Source: an uncultured Planctomycetota bacterium
GTDB lineage: Bacteria > Planctomycetota > Planctomycetia > Isosphaerales > Isosphaeraceae
Assembly: GCA_963845755.1 (NCBI GenBank)
Contig: CAWJTV010000011.1
Location: forward strand, 512,001-576,000
Length of the DNA stretch: 64,000 nucleotides
Direction: 5' to 3'
In this document: one piece after another, positions 1 through 12,214 of the stretch
Position numbering within the stretch: position 1 is the first letter of the stretch
Layout: the number at the start of each line of letters is the position of its first letter
Program-made: the position numbers and the translations under genes
The notes under the pieces: generated by a model
What the model was told of the DNA's origin: nothing
Seen by the model: the letters and a program-made list of their open reading frames with translations, nothing else
The model's database searches: none

Positions 1-165
1 ATCTCCAGTACCTGTTCAACCGGGCCTATGATACGGGTCCCTACCGGCGCGGAGCGGTCGACTACAGCGCGCCGCCAGCCCCGCCCGCGCTGGGCGACGA
101 GGACGCCGTCTGGGCCGCCGAGCGGACGCGTCCCTGGCGCGAGCGTTCGCCCGCGCCGTAGCCAG

Positions 166-724
166 TTAGCGCTTCTGGAGCGTCAGCGTTCCCAGGTCGA
201 TCGGCTGGGCCGATTCGCCCTCCTTCGCCTGCGGTACGGTAATCCGACGATCCCGCAAGATGAGAGGGCGTACTCCCTGCCGTTCGGTCCAAGCGCGGAG
301 CGAGTAGTCGCCCACGGTGGGGTTCCGTTGGGGACGACTGTTGAGGGGCGTCCGTCACGACCGGCCGTGACTCGAACCGCCGCGCGGGCGTTTCCACCCC
401 GACCGCGGCCATCCGCGGTTCTCCCGAAGGTTCGCTCGCGATCCGTTCGGGGACGCGAGCCACCGGGGACCAGGACGACAACAGGCTCGAAGGAGTCCAG
501 AGCGCCAGGGCGGCCGGGACCGTCACGACCACGGGGACCAGGACCTTGTGCGGGACCGGGAGGAACAGACCGTAGCCGACCTGCGGCGTGACTCGATTTC
601 GAATCACGAGCCATAACAGGCCGATCAACGCAAGCAACAGGGCGGCGTCCAGCGTCGCGGCGACAACCCACGCAACCCATCGGTCCCCGGCGGAATTGGC
701 ATATCCGATCATGACGTTCCTCAT
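166..724 (-). pseudogene. BlaR1/M56-family remnant: N-terminal membrane segment joined out of frame to a C-terminal tail; peptidase core absent
   Basis: N-terminus 'WVAWVVAATLDAALLLALIGLLWLVIR...YGLFL' lies directly after blaI. No HExxH domain. 313..166 reads GDYSL...TVPQAKEGESAQPIDLGTLTLQKR*, homologous to the C-terminus at 7901..8050. Confidence 0.65.
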
Positions 725-756
725 CAGTGCGTCCCCCCGTTGGAAACCCCGCCAGC

Positions 757-1164
757 CTATTGATCCTGAGGTGGCTTCAACGACTGCTTCTTGGCGTCGA
801 TCAGCTTCTGAAGCGAGTCGAGGTCGTCTTCGCTCAGCGTCATTCGTTCGACCATGTGGACCAGGAGCGGGCCCGTCACGCCTTCAACCGCATTGGTCAT
901 CAACGTGTCGGCGGCGGATTGGAACGTCGCCAGCGCCGTCTGGGCCGGCCGGTAGACGAAGCCGTTCCCGACCCGCGTCGTGGATAGGTAGCCCTTGTCG
1001 ACCAAGCGCTTGAGGATCGTCTTGACCGTGGCAGGAGTCCAGGAATACTGCTCGACGGCGATCGTGTAGACCTCGCGAGCCATCGCCTTGCGCAGCTCCC
1101 AGACGATCTTCATGACCTTCCATTCCGCCTTGGACAGGTCCTTCCGCTTCCCAGAACTCATCAA
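757..1164 (-). CDS. BlaI/MecI/CopY family transcriptional repressor
   Basis: LSKAEWKVMKIVWE...AREV...WTPATVKTILKRLVDKGYL winged-helix pattern; adjacent to an M56-like N-terminus. Confidence 0.92.
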   Translation of the reverse strand: MMSSGKRKDLSKAEWKVMKIVWELRKAMAREVYTIAVEQYSWTPATVKTILKRLVDKGYLSTTRVGNGFVYRPAQTALATFQSAADTLMTNAVEGVTGPLLVHMVERMTLSEDDLDSLQKLIDAKKQSLKPPQDQ

Positions 1165-1199
1165 TCGGCCTCGTGATTCGCAAGGGCAGCAGTCAGTAA

Positions 1200-1319
1200 G
1201 AGTCTGTCCCAGAAGGGCGAGCGGGGGGCGTCAGCTCCCTGTCCGGTGAGCGACGGACCTCCAAGACAGGGGGCTGACGCCCCCCGCTCGCCCGGACCGG
1301 CCCCTTCTGGGACAGACTC
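1200..1319. mobile_element. MITE-like palindromic element A
   Basis: TIR GAGTCTGTCCCAGAAGGG / CCCTTCTGGGACAGACTC flanked by TAA on both sides; inner inverted repeat GCGAGCGGGGGGCGTCAGC / GCTGACGCCCCCCGCTCGC. Confidence 0.8.
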
Positions 1320-1337
1320 TAAGCCAAGTCGTCGGGC

Positions 1338-1366
1338 ACTGTAATCGAATCGATTATCTTTGTCAA
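1338..1366 (-). promoter_or_regulatory. Putative sigma70 promoter for blaI with overlapping palindromic operator
   Basis: Minus strand TTGACA-17bp-TACAGT; palindrome TAATCGA-A-TCGATTA (1342..1356) across the spacer. Confidence 0.7.
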
Positions 1367-2006
1367 CGATTTGGCGAATTGATTCACCGGGTCCTCCGGA
1401 GGGCCGGTGATTCTCGTTCCACCTCGTCATCGGCTTGCTCCCACTCGGCGAGGACACGTCAACTGCAATTCGTGTCATTGAGCCATTACCAGGCGGAGAC
1501 CCGTCTCTCGAAGACTCGGAGAGAGTCCCTGTTCTTGAAACAGCCTAATTAAATGGGCGGGCATCCTCTTGACCATGCCGATTTACGCAGCTATCCTCCT
1601 AATTGTGTTTGATCGATTTCCTCAGGGTCGACTGTCGTCTTCGAAATCGGGTCGTGGAACTGGCATCCGGCGCCTCTGAGGACGATCGCAAGAGGTCGAT
1701 TGGCAGGGAGGACTAGAGGCATCCCTTCTGGATCATTGGTCCTATTCTGGTCTGTCGCGGGTGGTGGAAGTGCGGTCTACACTCCCGCGGTGAAGGTGAC
1801 GGACACCGACCTTCGGTTTGATCATGTCGTGGCATGGCCATCCCGTTCGCTCCTCGCGACGGCGGCCCCGGTCGGTCGGACACCATCCCGCCATCCGAAC
1901 GCAGACACGGCAGGCACGTCATCGACGGTTATTGATCCGGCGCACGGGACGGCCGATCGCCCATCGCACCTGAGCCCCATTGTCTTGCCCCCCAGGAGAA
2001 CCGGCC

Positions 2007-5000
2007 ATGGCATCTCGCAAGCGGACTCTGCGGCCCATCGGTGCCTTGCGGCGCAAGCGGCGATCTCACCTGCCACTGCTGGAAAACCTGGAGGAGCGGC
2101 TGGTCCTCTCGCAAGGGACCTCCTTGCCGGTGTCCCCCGACATGGCCCTCGTGCCCGTCGCGCTCGCCCACGGCGGGACCGCCTGGTTCGAGGCGCCCGG
2201 GGCTGCGGGTCCGGGGGGGCCGACGGGCTCGGACTCATCCCAGGGCACCGCGTCCCCATCGTTGCGACCGGCGCAGGCCGATCTCGGCGTCATCCTGGGC
2301 TCCCTGCCGGTCAGCTCCCCGATCGAATCGGCGGCCCAAGGGTCCCCCGGCCCCGCAGGCTACCTCCCGCAGCAGATCCAGGACGCCTACGGTCTCAGCA
2401 ACGGCAGTGCATATAATAACGATATCAGTTTCGGCAGCACGGAGGGGGACGGCACCGGCCAGACGATCGGCATCTTCGAGGAGGGGTATAATCCCGCGTT
2501 TGTTGACACCTCCGCGTCCAGTTATAGCTCCAGCGCCCTGGCGCAGTTCGACAGGACCTTCGGCCTGCCCGACCCGCCCAGCCTGACGTTCGTCAACCAT
2601 ACGGGCGCAGCGCTGTCGTCCTCCAACAATAGCGGCAACAATCCCGATTTCGACGACTACGGCACCGGCCTGGAGATCGCCCTGGACATCGAGTCGGCGC
2701 ACGTCATGGCGGCCGGGGCCAGCATCGTCGTCCTCTGCGCCACGCAGGATCCCGGCGACTACTACGAGGACATCCCGCTGGGGATCGCCACCCTGGCCGG
2801 GTTGCCCGACGTCTCGGTGATCTCGGCGAGCTACGGCTACTTCCTCGATCTCTTCGGCCAGCAGGGCCTGGAGCAGGGCTGGGACAGCAGCATCATCCAG
2901 CCCGCGCTGGCGGCCAACCCCGACGTCAGCATCTTCGCGGCGACGGGCGACGACGCGTCGGCCTACGGGCTGGTCTACCCGGCCGCCTCGCCCGAGGTCG
3001 TGTCGGTCGGCGGCACGAGCCTGACTGTCACGAAGGGCGGCCAGCGGATCAACGAGACGGGCTGGAGCGAGGGCGGCGGCGGCTACAGCCAGGCGTTCCC
3101 ACTGCCCTCGTACCAACAGGCTGACGGCTTCTCCGGCAATGTCTTGAATCGAGCGCACCAACCCGGACGTCGCCGCCGACGCCGACCCCAACACCGGCGT
3201 GGCCGTCTACGATCCCTACGACCTCGGCTCCGCCACCCCATGGGTTCGGACCGGAGGGACCAGCCTGGCGACGCCCCTCTGGGCCGGCATGGCCGCGATC
3301 GCCGATCAGGGCCGCGCCCTCGCCGGCGGCACGCCCCTCGGCTCGACCGCGATGCTGACGGACCTCTACAATCTGGCCAAGATCGCCCCCGGCGACTTCC
3401 ACGACATCACCCAGGGGAACGACGGCCACTTCGCCGGACGGGGCTACGACCTGGTCACCGGCCTGGGGACGCCCAAGGCCAACCTCCTCATCCCCGACCT
3501 CGCCGCTTATGGCCTGGCCAGCAAGGCGCTCATCCTCACCCAGCCGCCGCCCAGCGTCGCCGCTGGCGGCCAATTCGGCATCATCGCCCAGGACGCGACG
3601 TCGTACGGCGCCCTCGACCCCACCTACTCCGGGACCGCCACCATCTCGATGCTCAGCGGACCGGCGGGTGCCAGCTTCACGCCGGTGAGCGTCCCGGTCA
3701 CCGACGGCCGCGCGGTCTTCCAGGAGCTATCGCTGAGCACCAAGGGCGTCTATACTTTCCGGGTCGCGATGACCGGCCTGGCGTCGAGCCACACGAACCC
3801 CGTCACGGTGATCAACGCGCGGGCGGGGACGGGCTACTTCTATCCGCTCCCGATCGGCAACAGCCTGGGGACCGACGTTGCGGCGGCCGACTCGAATGGG
3901 TTTGCCAGCAACATCATCATGCTCTCCATCTCCAGCCTTCCCTATATGGTGACCGGCGGCCAACTCGTCGTCAACAACGGCTCGAGCCTGAAGAGCAAGT
4001 CGTTCACGATCGTCGGGCAGGGCGAGTCGAGCTCGGTCATCAACGCCGGGTCGACCAGCCGGGTTTTCGAGATCGTGGGGACCGGTTCGGGCCTCTCGGT
4101 GGTGTTTCAGAGCCTGGCGATCGCCGGGGGCCGCGCGACCGATGGCGGAATCCTGGGCAGCACCGTGGCGATGGGCGGCGGCCTGCTGATCGACGGCGGC
4201 ACCGTGGCGCTGTCCGGAGTCGCGGTGACGAACAACGAGGCCAGTGGCGCCGCCGGAGCGGTCGGGACCACCGGCCATTCGGCGACCCGGTCGCATGTCA
4301 CCGGCCCGCCCGGCGGTAACGGGGGTGCCGGCGGCAACGCCGAGGGCGGCGGCATCTACCTGGCCTCGGGCACCCTCACGCTGACCAACGACCTGATCCA
4401 GGGCAATGTGGCCCAGGGCGGGGCCGGTGGCGCCGGCGGCCGGGGCGGCTATGGGTTCACCGGGATCGAATCATCCACCGCCGGCAACTCCATCGGCCCG
4501 CCTCATGGGGCTAACGGCGGACCGGGCGGAAACGGCGCGGCGGGCGGAAACGGGCTGGGGGGCGGCCTCTACCTCGCCGGTGGTACCCTGGCGCCGCTCA
4601 ACAGCAGCGTAGTATTCGGCGACAACGCCTGCGCGGCGGCGCGGGGGGTGCTGGCGGGAACGGCGGCCGCGCCGGGATTTCCGGCCCGTACGTCGCAGGC
4701 AACGGAGGCGCCGGTGGGCCTGGAGGAAACGGCGCGGGGGGTGCGATCTTCCTGGCCGGCGGCAACGTGCAGTTCAACCGCCCGGCCAACATCGAGGCCA
4801 ATGTGGCCGCTGGCGGCGCGGGCGGTCGCGGCGGCTTCGGGGGCACCGGGAGTAATGGCTCCTTCGCAGGGTTCGCCCCCCCGGGCCAGGACGGCGGGCC
4901 GGGCGGCAATGGTGGCGCGGGCGGCAATGGCGGCGCGGGCGCCGCGGGGGGTTGGGGCCGCGGCGGCGGCATCTATCTCGCGGTCGGAGCGACGCTCACG

Positions 5001-7891
5001 CTGAACCAGGGGGGCATCCTCGGCGGCAATCAGGCGCTCGGGGCGCGGGCGGCCATGGGGGCACCGCCGGGCAAGGCGGCAATGGCGGCAGCGGCGGCCT
5101 TGGCGGCACCGGAGTCGCGGGAGCCGCGGGCGGTGGTGCCGGCGGCATCGGCGGCCACGGCGGGCCGGGCGGCAATGGCGGTGCCGCGGGGCGGGGCGGC
5201 CAGGGCGGAATCGGCGGCATCGGCGCCGGCGGCGGGCTGTACCTCGGCGGCGGGAAGGTCCAGGACAACGGCGGCGTCATCGCTTCCAATGCCGCGATCG
5301 GCGGCAGCGGTGGCACCGGCGGTTGGGGATACTTCGGAAGGAAGGGGGGATCTGCCGGCGGAGGCGGTCGGGGTGGCGCCGGCGGCATGGGCACGGCCCT
5401 CCACCCGACGGGTGGCGCCGGCGGTCCCGGCGGCATGGCCGGTACCCCCGGCCTGCCCGGGGCGGCCGGCAACGGCGGCAACGGCGGCGAGGGCGGAGCA
5501 GGTGTTGGCGGCGGGGTCTACGTCCAATCCGGAACGATCACCCTCAACCATGGCTCGATCAGCGGGAATCACGCCGACGGCGGTGCCGGTGGCCGCGGCG
5601 GTACAGCCGGCGAAGGCGGCACCGGCGGAGATGGCGGGCATGGCGGATACGGCGGATACGGCGGCACGGGCGTGTCGGGAGCAGCCGGAGGCGTCGGTGG
5701 TGTCGGGGGCGCCGGCGGCAATGGCGCTGAGGGCGCGGCAGCCGGCCGGGCCGGTCGGTGTGGCAACGGCGGCAACGGAGCAGGAGGCGGCCTGTATCTC
5801 GGCGGCGGCAACGTCCAGGACAACGGCGCCACAATCGCCTTCAATGTCGCGGGCGGGGGTATCGGCGGCGCCGGTGGTTGGGGATACCTCGGAGGGAACG
5901 GGGGAGGTGGCGGCCTTGCCGGCGGTGGTGGCACCGGCGGCCCGGGCGGCAACGGCGGCGCGGGTGGCGAGGGCGGGGCGGGCGGAGTCGGCGGCAACGG
6001 TAGATCCGGCCACACCGGTGGCGTCGGCGGTATCGGCGGAGCGGGCTACGGCGGGGGCGTCTACGTACAAGCCGGGACGATCGCCTTCAACAGCGCCCCG
6101 GTCACCAGCAACGAGGCCATCGGTGGTGTCGGCGGCCGGGGCGGTACCGGCGCCGAGGGCGGGGAGGGCTATATCGGCGGTGGTGGCGGCATCGGCGGCT
6201 TCGCCGCCAGCGGCATGGTGACTCCGAGCGGTGCTGGCGGCGCGGGTGGCACCGGCGGGGCGGGCGGGGCAGGCGGGGCAGGCGGCAACGGTGCGCCCGG
6301 CCAGGCTGGGGGCGCCGGTGGTGCCGGCGGAGCGGGGGCCGGCGGCGGCGTCTACGTCCAATCCGGGACGGTCACCTTCAACAGCGACTCGCTCACGGGC
6401 AATCAGGCGATCGGCGGTGTCGGGGGCCTGGGGGGCCGCGGCGGCAGCGGAGGTACAGCCAAGAGCGCCGGCGGGGGCGGCGACGGTGGTCGCGGTGGTC
6501 ATGGCGGGACGGCGGCGATGGGTGGCGTCGCGGGCAACGGTGGTGCTGGCGGCCACGGCGGCCGGGGCGGGGCCGTCGGCCTCCCCGGTCCGGCCGGGGC
6601 GGGCGGCGCCGGCAGCATCGGGGGACTCGGTGCCGGCGGCGGGCTGTACGTCGGCGGCGGCAAGGTCACGTTGAATTCCGTCCTGGTGAGTAAGAATCGC
6701 GCCAACAGTGGCATCGGGGGCTCGGGTGGCATCGGCGGTCATGGTGGCTCGGTGGCCTTCGGCGGGCCCGGCGGCGGGGGCGGCGCGGGCGGCAGCGGCG
6801 GCAATGCCGGCACCAGCGGCCAGGCTGGTAAGGGGGGCGCCGGTGGTGCCGGCGGCAGCGGCGGCCTCGACAATGCTGGCGGCAACGGGGCCAATGGTGG
6901 CAATGCCGGCAACGGCGGCAACGGCAATGGCGGCGGCCTTTACCTGGCCGGCGGCGTTGTGGTCTTGAATAGCCCCAGGATCAGCGGCAACTCCGCCTTC
7001 GGGGGCGCCGGCGGCGTCGGCGGCGCAGGGGGCATGGGTGGCTCCGGCGGAGGCGGCGGCAGCAGCGGCGGAAATGGCGGCGCGGGCGGTGCCGGCGGCT
7101 TCGCTTTCACCGGAGGCCAAGGGGGCACCGGCGGGCATGGCGGCAACGACGGCAATGGCGGCGATGGTGGCAACGGCGGCCACGGCGGCCACGGCGGCAA
7201 TGGGGGTTCGGGTGGGTCCGGAGACGGCGGCGGCCTGTACATCAACGGTGGCGTCGTCACGCTCAACGGCGGCAACGTCAGCGGCAACCAGGCCGGCGGC
7301 GGCGCGGGCGGACAGGGCGGCGCGGGCGGGCAGGGCGGCGCCGGATTCGAGGGCGGTGGCGGCCGCAGCGCTCCCTTCTTCAGCGCTTCCGCCATCCACA
7401 ACAACGGCGGCAATGGCGGCAACGGCGCCCCGGGTGGCTCGGGCGGCAACGGTGGCAACGGCGGTCAGGGCGGCAATGGCGGCGCTGGTGGCGACGGCGG
7501 TCAGGGCGGCCACGGCGGCAACGCGGCCGGGGCCGGCCTGTACCAGGGCGCCGGAGTGCTGACGATCAACGTCACCAAGTTCACCAGCAATACCCTGGCC
7601 GCGGTCGCTCTCGGCGGGGCCGTCGGCGCGGGCGGCGCAGGAGGTGGTATTGCCCGCACTTCAAACGGAGCCCCAGGCGTCGCAAAGGGCGGGTCGGGCG
7701 GCTCGGGCGGCTTCAGTAATGGCGGGATCGGGACCCAGGCGCCGTCGGGGGCCGCCGGCCTCTCCGGCACTGCGGGCCAATCGGGAGCAGCCGGTGCTTC
7801 AGGGTCCGTCGCGGGCGCCGGCGGCATCAACAGCAAGGACACCAAAAAGGGCGGCATCTACATCGCCGGAGGCACGATCATCATTCATTGA
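2007..7891 (+). CDS. Large extracellular protein: sedolisin (S53)-like peptidase domain plus long glycine-rich repeat region (frameshifts near 3150, 4630, 5045)
   Basis: N-terminal RKRR..LENLEERLVLS motif; EIALDIE, ATGDD, GGTSLATPLWAG and GYDLVTGLGTP S53 motifs; then GGxGGxGG runs punctuated by GGG(L/V/I)Y...GN.A motifs; AGGAGA RBS upstream. Confidence 0.8.
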
Positions 7892-7900
7892 CCACGACCG

Positions 7901-10900
7901 TCACGGCTTCTGAAGCGTCAGCGTTCCCAGGTCGACCGGCTGGGCCGATTCGCCCTCCTTCGCCGACGGTACGGTAAAGCGATGGCCGCCCAACTGGAAA
8001 TGGCCTCCTCCCTCTTGATCGAGCGACGCGGCCAGCCCGTAATCTCCCGCGGGCAGGTCGTCGATGCGGAATCGGCCGTCGCGGTCCACGGTGGACGTGC
8101 TGTAGACCCCCTCCAGGCGAACCTCGGCGCCTTCGCTCGCGGCCACGACCAGGGCGAGATTCCACCGAATCTTCTCGCGAGTTCCCTCCGGCGGTTGCAG
8201 CTTGCCGACGACCGCTCGACCGGATCCTCCCAGGTCGATATGAACGGTCTTTCCACCAGGGAAATCCGCCGCGATCATGCACGATGAGGCCACCTCCGCG
8301 GCTCCATCCTTCGACGTCATCCTGAGTTCACGACCGATCCGCCCACGGCCCGCGATCACGCGTTCGAAGACAAATCGTCCATCCGGCCCGGAGGTCACCT
8401 CGTGATGCGTGAAGATGCTCGGTACATCATTCCCGTGCGAACGGAGGCTCTCGACGCCGATCGTGATCGGCACGTTCGCGGCCGGCATCTTGCCGATCCG
8501 GAAGGTCCCCTCCACTCGGGCCCATGGCTCCAGGTGGATGATCCTGGCCCGATCCCATTCGGAAGGAGATTTGATGTGAGCATATCCAGAAAGATGAGTG
8601 ATCACGAGCTGAAAGGCCGTTTTCTGCGGCGGGAAATGGAAGCGGCCGGCGGCGTCGGTCTCGAGTCGCGTGCTGTACGTCGCCGTATCGTCGATGTCAC
8701 CGTTCTTGACGTTGATCTGCGATCCCGCGATGCCCAGCGCGACCTTGGCGCCCGCCGCGGGCCGGTTCGCGGGGTCACCACCTTGGCGATGATGTCCTGC
8801 CCTCGCTTCAGCGCGAAATCGATCGTGACATCGCCCTCGGTGCTCTTGATGTCGCGCGAGTCCGCCACCAGATAGCCGTCGGCCTCGATGCGCACCAGGT
8901 GCGCAAAATACCCGTGGGTCTCGCGGAGCTGGTAATGGCCGTCCGAGGCCGAAAACGTCTGGCTAGGGACCCAGTTCATGTGCGTTGGGCTGGACCGGAC
9001 GCCCGGCACCACGCGAAAAGCCTTGATCGGCTGCTTCGTTTCCGCGTCGATGACCTTGCCCGAAATGACGAGGGTGGGGGGCAGCCGGAAGACATACTCT
9101 TCCGGGCGTGCGATCAGCGCCTCGTTCCGACAGTGTCATCCCGTCGCCGGGGGAGTAGATATCGGCCTTGAACTCGTCCAGCGGGGCTTCGTTCCACACC
9201 CAGACGCCATTCGGGTCGGCGTATTCACTGATGTGGTCGAACTCGAAGTAATCGATGCGGCCGCGCCAATGCTGGAAGAAGATCCGCGCCCTGGCGGCCG
9301 GCTTCCCCTGATGATCCAGTACGCGGATAGTCACGGTGCCGCCTGGCTTCATCGTGAAGTTGACCGGACCCATATCGGCCTGGATGGGCAGCTCCTTCAT
9401 ATCGATGGCCCGGCCCTTGGCCGACACCACGATCCGGGCGGCCCGCGGCTCGCAGCCGGCGAGATGGTAGACGCCGTCTTGGCCCGTCCTGGCTTCGCGG
9501 ATGTCGTTGAGGAACTTGGTGCGGATCAGGGCCCCGGCGATCGGCTTGCCGGCTTCGTCGGTGACCTTGCCGGTCACCGTCAGGCCGCGTTCCAGGACGA
9601 TCTTCGCCGCCGATTGCCGGCCGCGCTCGAGGCCGAACTCGGGGCGAGTCGAGCGCCCGGCGCAGTGGTCGGAAGCCCGGGTGATTGATCTCCACGAACA
9701 CCTCGCTCATCGAAGCCGGCACGCTGTCAAAGTGCCAATGGCCCGCGGCGTTGGTCTTCCGTGCCGCGCCGACGCCGAACTGTCGATGGACACCAGGGCG
9801 CTTCTTGTATTCCATGCTGGGGCTGACCGTCACGCCCGCGACTGGCTTGCCTTCGGCGTTGACGACGAGCCCTCCCACGGACCAGCCCACCTCCAGCTCG
9901 GCCGTGAAGCGGGTCGGAACCGCCTCAGCATGACTCTCGGACGACCAGCCCGCCCAGTACGGGCCATAGCCCGGAGTCTCGATGAACACGTCGAAAGACT
10001 TCGGCGCCTGGGGGACCTCGATTGCAAGTTGCCCCTGGGCGTCCGTTGCCACGAACAGGCCGTACGGGCCCCGTCGGAGGAGCTTACCCTGACGGATGTT
10101 CTCGACCCTCGAGCCCGGGTCCGAACGAAACTCGACAACGGCCTCCGGAATCGGTTTCCCGTCCGGCCCCACGACGCGCAGGGCGAATTCCTGGCCGGCC
10201 TTGGCCGGCGTTTCACCGGCGGCGGCCTGAGGGGAACCGGCCAGGGCCCGGGGGTCGTCGACGACCAGGTAATGGCCGTGGTCGGACGAGACGAGCAGGA
10301 GGGATTCGTCCCAGTTGCTGTGGGCTTCGACCCATCGGATGATGGCGCGGACGGCCTCCTCGCCGCTGTAGATGGCGCCGACGGCATTATCGAGGTTATT
10401 CGCATGGAGGCCGAAGTCGACGTCGCCGGCCTCGACGAACAGGGCGAATGGCTGATCGGGCCGGGCGGCCAGGACGGTCAGGGCGGCCTCGGTCATCTGG
10501 GCCAGGGTCGGCTGCTCGAGCCGGTCGGTCGGGGGGTAGACCTCCGCCTTGGCCGCATGCCGCCAGGCGGCCGATGCTGGGCGCGGGGTCATATCGGCCG
10601 TCGGCGGTCCGGAACGGGAGATGATCGAGCCCCGCGCGGCCGAAGAAGCCGAAGAGGCGCGCGGAGCGCGCGGCAGCGTCCTTGGCGGCCCGGACCAAGG
10701 CCTCGCCACCGCTGGCCAATGGCTCGGTGTGGACCACGACGTACTTGCCGCCGTTCTTGACGTCGATCGCCGCGAAGTCCGGATCGGCGATGAAGGTATT
10801 CCCCGGCACCCAGTTCTTCCCCTGCGGTGCCATGGTCGACGCCTGGCTGGTGATCCCGAAGCCGGCGCCCATGACGACGTCGAGGCCCGGCAGGCGCGGG

Positions 10901-11999
10901 GCTCCGCGGGCCTGCTGGAGGATCCCCGGCAGGCCGAGCATCTCGCGGGCGAGGTCCTGGTAATCGTCGCGATCGACGTCCTGCGCGTACATGGCGGCGG
11001 GCGAGACGTGGTCGAACGGCACGCTCGTGACGGTGCCCAGCTTCCATCCCTGTTCCTGCAACTCGTGGAACAAGGTCTTCACCGGCCGGCCGCCGTCGGT
11101 GACGTTCACGCTGTTGTTGTACGACTTGACCCCGGTGACCATCTCGGCGGCGCTCTGCGAGGAGTCGGTGTACGCGTGCGGGACTCCGCCGACGGCCTGC
11201 ACGCCGGCCTTGTCGGCGGCATTCATCGATTGCCCTTTGAGATAGCCGGGGGCGCGCAGGCCGAGTGGCCCCGGCGTCCACGGGTTCGGCCCGGCGATCC
11301 GGGCATCGTATCCGCCGCCGAGGCTCTCCGGCGGAATTGACACGGTCTGGGCATCGACGTCCGGCGTGTTCTTGTCGTGGGTCGGGCTGGTGACCACGAA
11401 GCCATACTGCGACGCGCCCCCGGCCTGGTAATCCTGGAAGATCAGCCCCGACCCTTTGCCCTCCCGGTAAACCTTGCCCGTCTTGACGATCGCCGCGGCC
11501 TGGGTCGTGGGCCAGTCGAGGCCATCGAACCAGACGATGAACAAGTGCTTGACGCCCCGCGCGACCGCCTCCTTCTGCACCCGGTACAGGTCGCTCTGGT
11601 CGGCGTAGACGGCGCCGGGGTTGACGGTGTGCTCCGGCAAGAAGCCGTAGGCCGACTTGATCTTCCCGGCGTCGCGATACCGGCTGTTCTCGCCCATGAC
11701 GGCGCCCAGGTCGGCCTTCTTGCCGAAGACGTAGACCGGCACCAGTCGGTTCGAATGGCTGGTGTGATTGGAGAAGACGTCGCCGGCGCCCTGCGACCCG
11801 AAATGATAGGCCCGATCCGCCTTCTCGTCCCGGTTGGCCACGTAGGCGGTCTGGAGCGCCTTCAAGCGGTCCGGTGACTCGCCGTCTTGCGCCGGGCGAC
11901 CGCAAGGCTTGCCACGACGAGCACCATCGTCAGGGCGAGGGCCGCCCTCTCGATGAACCGAACCGTCCGCGATGCCGAAGCCCCATTTCGTCGAGCCAT
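7901..11999 (-). CDS. Alkaline phosphatase fused to multiple carboxypeptidase-regulatory-like beta-sandwich repeats (several frameshifts)
   Basis: Signal-like N-terminus; WFDG, TDSS..A..TGVKSYN, VEAGDVDFGLHAN and SDHGH phosphatase motifs; continues in frame into 'LRVVGPDGKPIPEA' and 'GKVTDEAGKPIAGA' repeats. Confidence 0.75.
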
Positions 12000-12214
12000 C
12001 CGCTCTGGTCCTCCCGATGGAATCCCGGTCCTCTCCATCCGACCCCTCGACTGCATTCTACAGACTTTAGTAGTGGCGATAGCCGGTGGCAAGTGGTGTC
12101 GTCGTGGTCGGTGGCCACTTGCCACTCCAAAGGGAGCGTGCACAATGGTAAAGAGCCCCCCTGTGCAATCGACGCTTTCGATCCCCCTGCCGAATCTCGT
12201 GCGGAGGTCTTCTG

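Noticed and set aside
1740..1830. Riboswitch in the leader of the S53 gene
   Set aside because: Hairpin potential and GGAAGTGCGGT are present, but I could not find the remaining conserved cobalamin or other riboswitch motifs. An Rfam search would be needed.
4300..7891. Mycobacterial PE_PGRS gene or horizontal transfer from Actinobacteria
   Set aside because: No PE domain; the N-terminus has a planctomycete-type motif and an S53 domain. The similarity is compositional.
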